Part shown: positions 47,301 through 55,900 of the stretch, piece after piece
Numbering within the stretch: position 1 is the first letter of the stretch
Layout: each line of letters begins with the position of its first letter
Assembly (NCBI GenBank): GCA_049598575.1
Contig: JBMYNT010000004.1
Coordinates: forward strand, 1-57,482
Direction: 5' to 3'
DNA: 57,482 nucleotides
Source of the DNA: Candidatus Poseidoniaceae archaeon
GTDB lineage: Archaea > Thermoplasmatota > Poseidoniia > Poseidoniales > Poseidoniaceae
The notes under the pieces: model-generated
Told to the model about the DNA's origin: nothing
The model's input: the letters and a program-made list of their open reading frames with translations, nothing else
Databases searched by the model: none
Position numbers and translations under genes: made by a program

Positions 47301-47937
47301 GCTCTATGTGTGGAAATTTGAATGGCGAGGAGAGAGTGATTTGGGGGAATCAGGTCCAACAGTATCCATTACAGATCTGCCAGTCGGCACATGGGACATC
47401 AACCTCACCGTTACGGACGATGACCTTGCATCATCGACCAAGACCATCACCATCATTGTCGCTGAACCACCGCCCGAAGGATTCCTCGAAGAGTTCAGTG
47501 ATACACTGGGTGTATCTCAAACCATGTCAATTGTCATTCTAGGACTCGTTGGTTTAGTGATCATGTTGGCATCGTTCCTGCTCATCACTCGACGATCACC
47601 ACCAGATTTGGTCGAAACACCATCAAACAAAGCATGGGATACAACACCGTTGCCAAGTTATGCGCCCTCTGAGTTGCCTGCATACGAGCAACCAGCGCCA
47701 CAAGCGCCTGTTCAATCAGAGCCGTTTGTTGAACAGCCAGTCGTCAATCAAGGCCCTCCTCTTCCAGCCACCGGCTTACCGGCTGGTTGGACCATGGAAC
47801 AATGGGCGTATTATGGTGAACAATATCTGGCAGCAAATCAAGCACCTGCACCTACCTATCAACCGACACCTTCAATGACTTCACCATCAACTCAGAATAC
47901 GAATCTCTCCGACCTCTTGGATGATTTGGACCTGTGA
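44353..47937 (+). CDS. Large single-TM surface protein with CARDB and multiple PKD-like domains; paralog 2
   Basis: Same architecture as paralog 1 (WRIGDKW, WYCPAV, PKD units, TM, GWTMEQW tail). Confidence 0.92.
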   Translation: MANRFLTLLVLFLLAGSSSVHFVNNDATTLDVQPSVELSSGTTSSTDVPSWRIGDKWTYETQFDVSQLLAQANVSASLNTLTGDTVYEIDDIFFINVDGIQTLAYKMLIEGEFSSGNSGATLEGVSGRLDIDYSGEDIVRVRDLAVINSEFELDVNFAPFNLGFLSQNLATISFDTYYDPPKEKYDFPMRTGDQWYMPFMSGTSVSGSSDYFDPTEFDTQGAENTSWQVTKDGIPTEDGQNIKYEGCDDSYKINEWNATGVSAGFNWYCPAVRFNSWIRISNAAGFTIDWLLKDYEPVDSFGVDKRKNPGDRNVDIEVETQFIATLPDSESKIYATYSVAPNGIPEVNKNLQLRYEMAGTLINPITNSSGMIEEAINVSNVVDDTIASDDFSSNGVIVWDPVQEIIGVATVVIDLSVVGIDLVAQEDSIIVTRTRDGEVATLSKSIGYNALPGDELSFSLPAQNRGVLPSPSTEMEIIVPDGDSSRQAVPSIEAYSEQRIVIDWIVPENSTIGNQTLTFTVDPDELITGDANRSNNQATVDVFIGRAPNASITIDTGNYTFEDVFIDASSSFDPDGGDVECRFEIESRPGLVDVITTPDCAISWNWSDDGDWELRTIVTDNELDSTVLTSNVTILNRAPYINLSHPTEIAVESSITIDASDSGDIDTVSPSGQQVSVSWPDLNCLEGLTQPTCTFTPLEEGTMPIRAIATDDDGEETEVISSIEVLNVAPSIGEIDVWIAGVNTPFDANGTWVLQEDQTVILRAQGDDTINDRDGLIINWNLSDVLDNLTVSTDGSASDVATSWPTSGEHIISVRAVDDNGATSSTSLAKVTIVNVPPTMTAEANFLNAVNNGLTVSEDDKVVFDVIVDDTASDKDSLEVCWDIDGTRDADLDGTLNNDCDVSGTHFEYTWETSNPQFRTVTAWVKDDDGAMASISAVVKVQNVLPGAEISFANGSLDNLVKGDTLNLTSDGTTDSDSDKLNMLYVWKFEWRGESDLGESGPTVSITDLPVGTWDINLTVTDDDLASSTKTITIIVAEPPPEGFLEEFSDTLGVSQTMSIVILGLVGLVIMLASFLLITRRSPPDLVETPSNKAWDTTPLPSYAPSELPAYEQPAPQAPVQSEPFVEQPVVNQGPPLPATGLPAGWTMEQWAYYGEQYLAANQAPAPTYQPTPSMTSPSTQNTNLSDLLDDLDL
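47752..47829 (+). repeat. Conserved cytoplasmic tail module, copy 2 (GPPLPATGLPAGWTMEQWAYYGEQYL)
   Basis: Direct comparison with copy 1. Confidence 0.9.
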
Positions 47938-48494
47938 TGACGATGGGAAATCTTTGGCAATTCTTTGGACTCCCAGACCCAGATGCAGGTGGTGTGGCTC
48001 GAGTTGCAGAAGCACCTGCTCCTACGCAAAATAGGCAATTATCGAACGAACCTGTTGCAGTCGAAACGCAAACTGTCGAAGAGGCACCTACATCTCAAAT
48101 CGACGGAAACATCACCTTCGAATGGAATGGACCAGTGACCCCAGACGGAGAACCGTTTCATGATCTCTCACAACATGGAGGACGGGTTTTGACTCGACCA
48201 ACACGAGCACTGCGTTACGTTAAGCCGGATGAAAAGCATCGTATCCACACGCGAGACATCGCACAACGAGTGATTCAAGGAGATACTGTGATTGTCGATC
48301 TACGAACATTGGTCCATATGGAATCGCACCAACAGGCTTGTCGACGAGAATTACGAGTCATGTGTGAACAAGTAGGTGTTGGCGTTTTTGCACTAGATTC
48401 TGAGGATAAGTTATTGATGATTCCAGGAGCAGATGTCGTTGTTGATATTGAAAAGCACGAGCTGGGACTTACGCGTCTGCTACGCGTATCCTGA
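47937..48494 (+). CDS. sepF: Cell division protein SepF-like
   Basis: N-terminal amphipathic MGNLWQFFGL; C-terminal 'DIAQRVIQGDTVIVDLRTL...RRELR.MCEQVG..VFAL..KLLMIPG..V.V' matches the SepF core pattern. ATG overlaps the upstream TGA. Confidence 0.72.
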   Translation: MTMGNLWQFFGLPDPDAGGVARVAEAPAPTQNRQLSNEPVAVETQTVEEAPTSQIDGNITFEWNGPVTPDGEPFHDLSQHGGRVLTRPTRALRYVKPDEKHRIHTRDIAQRVIQGDTVIVDLRTLVHMESHQQACRRELRVMCEQVGVGVFALDSEDKLLMIPGADVVVDIEKHELGLTRLLRVS

Positions 48495-48503
48495 GGTGAA
48501 ATA

Positions 48504-49790
48504 ATGGACAGGCGTCAGCAATTCGCAGGTTCATATCTTGAACTGTTTACATCATCGATGCTGTTCTTCATCGCCTTGACATTCCTTCTGGCGTGGTTAA
48601 CATTTTTTTCTCCTTACGAATTGTTCGAGAACACGGATCGTCTTGAAGTCATGAACTTTGTTCTCATTACGCTTTTCGCATTGGGGCCTGTCATGGCAAT
48701 TCTTGCAGGTATTGCGTTTGATACGTTGCCACTTGTGTACAATGTCCCATCCTTTGAACGGACCACAATGCGTCACTTTTTGCAACTCAACGCTCTTGGG
48801 CAATTGTTTGTTCATGTTGGCATCTACATTGGCAATTGGAATTTGTTCATTGAATTCTCAGGAATTGGGATCGTTTTGATGTGCCTTGCTTTACTCACGC
48901 TCACGCCATCATCGATCGATATTGTCAAACAGAAAAGCAACTCTGGAGAGGTTGGAATCTTCTCGTACTCGCCAGGATTGGTCCTTGTATTCTGCTCGTT
49001 GTTCATCGTTGCTTCATGGTTTATGCGTGAGATTGATGGTATGATTCAAGTTGGTATCGCGTTCATTGTAGGGATTTTCTGCATGATGATGATGTCGACA
49101 GTCATGCTCTCGCATTTCAATCGAAGACTGGGCTGGAATACAACAAACCCGAAAACTCTGCCCGTTCGATTCCTCATCCTCATTCTCCTTGGAATTGGCT
49201 ACGTCGTGGCGAGTTTTCTACGTGCGAGGGATTCGATATCAGAGGATGTCATCGATATCGGTTTTGCAATTCTTCTCTTGAACGTATTTTTCATTATGAA
49301 TCCGCTGAAGGTTTTACGGTTCTCCATCGGCAAATTTGCAAAGCCGCATTCTCGATTTGTGTTCATAGGGTATTTCCTGTTACCTCTGCTCTCACTCGTT
49401 TCAATCGCACCTATTTGGACAGGCCATGAAGGCATAGCGAACATTCAGCCTTCGCATTGGTTGTTGATTGCCTATTCATGTTTCTTCGTCGTGTGCGGGT
49501 TCGCTATTTTCCTTCACGAAGATCATTTGCATTATTCTCCTTCAACACGGATAACGCATTGGCACCTGGTGTTGATGTTCCTTGCTTGTGGTGTTCTCAT
49601 GACATGGTCACTCTACGATGGTGCCGTACTCTTGGATGGAGAATACTTACCAGTGTACATTTGGATTGGAACACAAAGTGTTGCATCCTTCTTGCTCGGG
49701 ATTTTGTTCATTCGACACACTGTTTTCCCATCGGACAACTGGCACCGAATGCCGATGTTTTACGACCGACTCATGGAAAGCAATGATTGA
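48504..49790 (+). CDS. Polytopic membrane protein (~11-12 TM), function unknown
   Basis: 428-aa ORF that is almost entirely hydrophobic; GAGGTG SD overlaps the sepF stop. Confidence 0.85.
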   Translation: MDRRQQFAGSYLELFTSSMLFFIALTFLLAWLTFFSPYELFENTDRLEVMNFVLITLFALGPVMAILAGIAFDTLPLVYNVPSFERTTMRHFLQLNALGQLFVHVGIYIGNWNLFIEFSGIGIVLMCLALLTLTPSSIDIVKQKSNSGEVGIFSYSPGLVLVFCSLFIVASWFMREIDGMIQVGIAFIVGIFCMMMMSTVMLSHFNRRLGWNTTNPKTLPVRFLILILLGIGYVVASFLRARDSISEDVIDIGFAILLLNVFFIMNPLKVLRFSIGKFAKPHSRFVFIGYFLLPLLSLVSIAPIWTGHEGIANIQPSHWLLIAYSCFFVVCGFAIFLHEDHLHYSPSTRITHWHLVLMFLACGVLMTWSLYDGAVLLDGEYLPVYIWIGTQSVASFLLGILFIRHTVFPSDNWHRMPMFYDRLMESND

Positions 49791-50344
49791 ACGTCGTCCA
49801 GCAAGTCAAGAGAAGACTGAGTAAATCCTAGCACTGTCGGTTCTGTGCCCTCAATCAGTTGAGCGTACTTCCCCATCATACCAGCCAAATCATAGCCACC
49901 AGCTTTACCGACCCAAGAGTCTGACTCGATAAGTTCGACCAGTGCATCATCGGAGAAATCCTCGATTTCAACAACAGCGTGTTCGACGCTTGAATGCCAG
50001 TTCTCCATGGCATGCACCATCGTTGCGGACCACACACGGTGACGGCGCCCACGCAAGCGGATTAGCATAGCAACAGCTTGTTCCTTCGAGGCTGGTTTTC
50101 CAAGTGCGGCTTGTTCGTCATCGGGATCTTCAACAAGCGTATCTGAAACGATCACGACATCGAACTCATCCTTGAACACGACAGCCTCTGCTTTCCGAGA
50201 GGCAACTTCTTTCACTTGATTGGAAAGAACTTGGCGAGGTACAGATTCATCTACGCCTTTGAGTGCAACTTGTTCGACGTTTGCAAAGCGCTGCCGAAGA
50301 ATGGTGCCTCGACGTTCAGATGCAGAAGCCAACAGGATGCGCAT
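49760..50344 (-). CDS. maf: Maf-family nucleoside triphosphate pyrophosphatase
   Basis: ILLASASERR; VDE; VSDT.V; LGKP; GRRH.V.S; KAGGY. Confidence 0.92.
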   Translation of the reverse strand: MRILLASASERRGTILRQRFANVEQVALKGVDESVPRQVLSNQVKEVASRKAEAVVFKDEFDVVIVSDTLVEDPDDEQAALGKPASKEQAVAMLIRLRGRRHRVWSATMVHAMENWHSSVEHAVVEIEDFSDDALVELIESDSWVGKAGGYDLAGMMGKYAQLIEGTEPTVLGFTQSSLDLLDDVQSLLSMSRS

Positions 50345-50441
50345 AAGCAGAACACGTCACATCAACCACATCAGATTTTGCAAACAAAACGGGGGTGAAT
50401 TTCAAGTGTTGAATCGTGTTGCTTCAAAGTGAGGCGGCACT

Positions 50442-51161
50442 ATGGACATCATGGAACGAATTCCCACACACGTTGAAGGACTCGATGAGAACATGCAAGG
50501 TGGAATTCCGAAGGGACACATCTGCATCGTTGCAGGTGCATCTGGTGCCATGAAATCGAGTGTCACCTTCTCAATGCTCTACAATGCTGTGTTGTATGGC
50601 GAAACGAGTGGGATTTACGTCACGCTCGAACAAGGAAAGGATTCCTTGCGAGCGCACATGTCCAACATGGGTATGAACGTAGACGACCCTCGTGTTCGAA
50701 ATCGAATTGCTATCATCGATCTTTCTGACCTTCGTGTCCAACTTGACGAACAAGGCATGAGTAACCGTGTTGATTGGATGGGTCAATTGATTAAGCAACT
50801 CACAAATTACAGAAAGTCCATCGGTTTTGAACTGCTCGTCTTCGACTCGCTTGGTGCGTTCTTCACGCTCACCAAGATGGAAAATCCTCGCGATGAAATT
50901 TTCAGACTCTTTGAAGCGGTTCGCCGTCTTGAACTGACCTCGTTCTTCATCTGTGAAATGACCGGAGAAAATCACAGACAATTTGGAGAATATGGCGTCG
51001 AGGACTATCTTTCAGACGGAGTTATTCATCTCGTAATGGATCGAAAAGAAGACGATGTTCAACGAAAACTCGGCATCATCAAGATGCGTCACACACGACA
51101 TGCATTGGGTTACAAACCATTCAATTGGAAGCAAGAAGAACAACGCTTCACAGTTCTTTGA
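50442..51161 (+). CDS. Single-domain KaiC/RAD55-like RecA-superfamily ATPase
   Basis: RIPTHVEGLDENMQGGIP; Walker A variant GASGAMKS; YVTLEQ; Walker B LLVFDSL; DGVIHL; IIKMR. Confidence 0.9.
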   Translation: MDIMERIPTHVEGLDENMQGGIPKGHICIVAGASGAMKSSVTFSMLYNAVLYGETSGIYVTLEQGKDSLRAHMSNMGMNVDDPRVRNRIAIIDLSDLRVQLDEQGMSNRVDWMGQLIKQLTNYRKSIGFELLVFDSLGAFFTLTKMENPRDEIFRLFEAVRRLELTSFFICEMTGENHRQFGEYGVEDYLSDGVIHLVMDRKEDDVQRKLGIIKMRHTRHALGYKPFNWKQEEQRFTVL

Positions 51162-52979
51162 TCATTCAACCGTCACAGATTTCGCAAGGTTGCGAGGACG
51201 GTCCACATCGTTATCGAGAGCGAGAGCTGCATGATAGGCAATCAGTTGCGTCGGTAGGACGGTCAACAATGGTGTCAGCATTGGAATCGTTGATGGAATA
51301 GGAATGCTCACGTCCGCAGTTTCAGAGATAGGATCTCCTTCTTCATGAATCAGGATGATTTTTGCACCCCGTGCTTTGCACTCATGGATTGCATTCAGAG
51401 TTCGATCCTGAACGCCATCGTTTGGAGCGATAACAACAACAGGTGAATTCTCTTCAATCAATGCGATTGGCCCATGCTTCATTTCACCTGCGGGATAGGC
51501 AAGGCACGGAATGTACGCAATCTCCATCAGTTTGAGAGCCCCTTCAGATGCAACTGGGGAAGAAATGCCTCTTCCCAAAAACAGAACACTTTTCGCCTTC
51601 GTAACCAACTCAACAGCTTGTTCAATTGGTCCAGGCTGTTCGAGGTAGGTTCGTATCTTTTCTGGGAGAGTACGCATTTCTCGAATGATTGATTTTCCCT
51701 TGGTCTTTGAAAGATGACGGCTTCGACCGAGTTGTAGAGCGAACAAGGCAAGGGCTCCGACCATGTTCGTGAAGGCCTTTGTTGAAGCAACGGATTGTTC
51801 AGGTCCAGAGTGGATGTAGACGCCCTTTCCGCATTGCCTTGCAATACTCGAACCGACAACGTTCACGACGCCATAGACATCGGCCCCCTTTCGTTGAATT
51901 TCCTTGACCGCTGAGAGCGTGTCGGCTGTTTCTCCTGATTGAGATATCGCCAAATGGAGCGCTTTTGGATTGATGACTGGGTCGTTGGCATTGAATTCGC
52001 TTGCAACATGAGAAACTGCAGGGATTCGCGCCCACTGTTCGATCAGAATTTGACCAATCTGAGCAGCATGCAAAGCCGTACCACATCCAATCAAACGGAC
52101 GTGAGGGAGTTGTGCGAGTTCCTGAGGTTGTACCTGCAGACCACCTAGTACCGATGTCCCTTCGGCATGACGTAATCGACCGGAAATACAATGCTGCAAA
52201 GACTGAGATTGTTCATGAATTTCCTTGAGCATAAAGTGAGGATATTCTCCTAATTCGCTTTCACCCCATTCTTCTTCCAACTGAAGAAGGTGAGATTCAA
52301 CCTCTTGGCCATCCGTTTGCATGACTTGGAAATCATGTGCATCAAGCTTTGCAATTTGTCCATCTTCAAGTGCAACAAGTTGATCGGTATGCTCTCGAAT
52401 TGCATGAGGGTCACTTGAAATGAACATCTCGTCCTTTCCTCGGCCAATGATGAGAGGTGACCCATTCCGAGCGCAGAGCACATAGTCGTAATCTTGGAAC
52501 AGGACACAAACGCCCCACGTCCCTCTGGCCATCGAGAGAACACTCTGAAGTGCTTCAAGCGGCTCTTTACCTTCTTCGAGAGCCATCGCAATGTAGTGAC
52601 AAAACACTTCAGAATCGGTTTCCGAGTTGAGTCGAACGCCTGCTCGCTTGAGACGCTTACGAAGAGCATCAGAATTCTGTAAAATGCCATTGTGTACGAT
52701 TGCAACCTTCCCATCATTGCTGAGATGAGGGTGAGCATTTTCTTTGGTAACTCCTCCGTGTGTTGCCCAGCGTGTGTGAGCAATGCCCATCGAGCCTTTG
52801 ATCTCAGGCAACGATGTAGCCATCTCGGAAATTTTCCCGATGTCCTTGTAGGATTGCAATTGCCCATTCTTGACAACCACACCACTCGAGTCATAGCCTC
52901 GATATTCAAGACGTAACAATCCTTTGACGAGCAAGGATGAAGCATTACGGTGACCGATGTAGCCAAAGATTCCACACAT
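51162..52979 (-). CDS. glmS: Glutamine--fructose-6-phosphate transaminase (isomerizing)
   Basis: MCGI start; LEYRGYDS; HTRWATHG; HNG; ISQSGETADT; VASTKAF; EMKHGP; RPRNLAKSVTVE. Confidence 0.98.
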   Translation of the reverse strand: MCGIFGYIGHRNASSLLVKGLLRLEYRGYDSSGVVVKNGQLQSYKDIGKISEMATSLPEIKGSMGIAHTRWATHGGVTKENAHPHLSNDGKVAIVHNGILQNSDALRKRLKRAGVRLNSETDSEVFCHYIAMALEEGKEPLEALQSVLSMARGTWGVCVLFQDYDYVLCARNGSPLIIGRGKDEMFISSDPHAIREHTDQLVALEDGQIAKLDAHDFQVMQTDGQEVESHLLQLEEEWGESELGEYPHFMLKEIHEQSQSLQHCISGRLRHAEGTSVLGGLQVQPQELAQLPHVRLIGCGTALHAAQIGQILIEQWARIPAVSHVASEFNANDPVINPKALHLAISQSGETADTLSAVKEIQRKGADVYGVVNVVGSSIARQCGKGVYIHSGPEQSVASTKAFTNMVGALALFALQLGRSRHLSKTKGKSIIREMRTLPEKIRTYLEQPGPIEQAVELVTKAKSVLFLGRGISSPVASEGALKLMEIAYIPCLAYPAGEMKHGPIALIEENSPVVVIAPNDGVQDRTLNAIHECKARGAKIILIHEEGDPISETADVSIPIPSTIPMLTPLLTVLPTQLIAYHAALALDNDVDRPRNLAKSVTVE

Positions 52980-52988
52980 AGTACCACT

Positions 52989-55900
52989 TCAAAGATTGAA
53001 TCTTCCTGAACAAATTGGACACGTTACTTGAGCTCGCATCAAATCGGTTACCGGGAAATTAGCGCTGCATGAAGGGCACACAGCTTGACGACGAAGAGGA
53101 GGCAAATCTGCTAACGGCGGTAGCGCACCTGGTTCGAGTTCGGCTACAGGCAGAGGAGGTAGTGCTTCTGCAACAGGTACATCTGGCAACGGCGTTGGAA
53201 GCGGTAACGGAGGCAATCCTTTGGAGACAATCTCTGCAATCTCACGATCTTGTTTCCTCTTCATACGACGATTCAAGCGAGCATTTCCTTCGCCAGCAAT
53301 GCTCTTTGCTTGAAGTTCGTCAGCGAGCGTGGGCTCTTCCATTTCGACCTGTATCGGTGGAGTAATTGGAACAGTTGCAACCAATTCTTCATCGTCTTTA
53401 TCCTCTTCAACTTGAACGAGGATGGCAACTTCGTCTTCCTCTACAATAGCAGCATCGACGACATCTTCCTTTCTACCTGAACGAAGAGAAATGACGACGA
53501 GAACAAACAGAAGAAACAGTACTGATACAACACCGAACAAAATTCTCATCTTCATTTCATCCGAACCAGGGAGTGGTTCCAACAGCTGCTCAAGTAACGA
53601 CTTCGGTTCGCTCGACTCTTGTGGTGAATCCATCAAGAATTTCTGCATTGAGAAACGACCTGTTGGAGAAACAGTGAACAAGATCGCATCCTGATTGTTC
53701 ATGCTGTAGCCAAGCAAACTCTTCTTTTCTGAAACAATGTTCGATAATCCAACGACTGGAACGTCGCCTGAGGGCGTATCCCTCGTGGTCAGGAGACCGT
53801 AACGTGACACTTCACCAAGGACGGTGATCTCGTTGTATACGACTTCAACAACATCTTGGCGTTGATTGAAAATGAGTGTAGTAGAACCTGGCGCAGGAGT
53901 AATGACTGGTTCCTCGCTCCAATCGCCTTCAGTTGCAAGAACAGCAATGTTCGCGTCTTTACCAGAGCCTTCAATCCATCCTGCGAAGAAGAACTTGTTT
54001 TCATCGATGGAAAGAATTCCAAGTTGTGCGGAGTGAGCCTCATCACCGATGGATGCTTGATAGTCCCACTGTGTCGCATAAAGGTCACCCCGTGTGTACA
54101 TCAGACCGGTTCGCTCAACTCCAGTCACATCATCACGGAGTTCTTGGAAAAGAATGTGCAAGACACCTTCATCGAGCAAGGTTGCGAGTTGGTCACCATC
54201 ATCCGGATGAATATCGATAACGGGTACATGCGTCTTCATGTTCGTCCAATTCTCGCCAACATCTGGTGTTGATGAATGGATGCTGAAGATTGATGTGAGA
54301 TCTGACCAGGAGCCACCAGTTGAGAGGTTCCTGAAGTATCCTGAAAGAACGACCGTTTCGTCTTCTTGGGCCAAATCGAGACCCCAATATTGACCCTCTG
54401 AAATTTTCAGAGGCGTGAGATGATGGTGAACAGGCAACATTTGGCCTGTCGCTGAAAATGAAGTCATAGCAATATCGTTGAGGAAGTAACCTTGCTGCGA
54501 TTGCGTTCGGCTCGTCCAAACAGCATGGACAAGACCATCCTCACGAACCATGACATCGATTTCTCCACCCCAGTTTGTATCAACGACTGTGTCTGTTAAT
54601 AGCTGGAGATCTTTGCTGATCGAACGAACATGAAGCTCACCGTCAATGGTTGTAAACAGAAGTGTTGACGATTCGATACCTGCAAACGCAACCGGGTACT
54701 CTGAATCGGAAAGGGAGAGGGTCGAGCTTCCTTGGCCTGAGGCGACATCACTGACAACCACTGTAAACGTGTGTTGACTGTATTCGCTCTCAACACCATC
54801 ACCGGTGAGTGTGGCCTTGTACAGAACTGCTCCAACCTGGTCATTCATGTGTCGGAACTTGACCACTTGGTATCCCGATTCAGTGGTCGCGCCCGGGATG
54901 AAACTCACTCGTTCTTCGTCAATGCTTTGCCAACCTGCATCTGGAACCCAATATTCCAGCACCATATCCAAGGATACTGCATTTGATTGACCAAGGTTGT
55001 CCACTCGTATGTTTATTTGGTAATCCTCATCAGCAAGGGGGATGTTAGGGATTGTTGTTACCGAACCTGGAAGGAATCGGAGAACGGGTTGATTTGGACG
55101 TTCAAGAATCTCGAATGGGAAGGAGAGAGTGTTGTCATCTGGCTCCAAATCGCCTTGGACATTGTTTGGGTCGAGTTCAAGCAACACATCATGCAAACCA
55201 GCAATACTTGCCTGCCAGTACAACGTAACGGAAACAGATTCCCCTTTCTCCAAGGATGGGATAAGACCTTGCGAAGGGTAGACCTCAGAATTCTCGCCCG
55301 GTGCAGTGAGTCGAACAAAAATGTCCGTAGCGTCTTTGTCACCAGCATTGTAGACATCAAACTTGACTTCGAGTAAACTTCCCGCATAGGCTGTTTCTGC
55401 TGGCAACTTCTGGTCAAAAATCTCGACTTCTCCTTGGAAACGCAATGAAGGAGCCGGTTCGATATTGTCAATCGTGTAACTTCTGGATGCGATAGGGCTG
55501 ATGTATCCAGTCTTGTTGACCATTCGAATGAAGAACTCACGATATCCATCATCGGCTTCCGTTGAATCCCAATTGAACGACCATGAATCGCTACCGTCCT
55601 GACCTGGGCCATCGTATTTCGTCAACGTCGTGCCTGTCTTCCAGTCGCCATCATCAATTTTGTACTCGATTCGATCGTGTTCCACACCTGCAACATCACC
55701 TGTTATCTCAACCAACCCAGACAGTACGTTACGCGCAATAGGCGTTTCAAGCGTCAAGCTCGTTCTCGATAATTGGAAATATCGTACTGCAGTAGTGGAT
55801 TCATTCTTTTCTGCGTCCTTCGCCACAGCATAAACATAAATTTCTTGGTCATCCGACGCAATCCATGAGTCTTTCAACTCCAGATCGTAAAACCAGTAAT

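Noticed and set aside
50442-51161. Circadian KaiC or archaellum ArlH assignment
   Set aside because: It is a single domain with no kaiA/kaiB nearby and no arl context, so only the superfamily can be supported.
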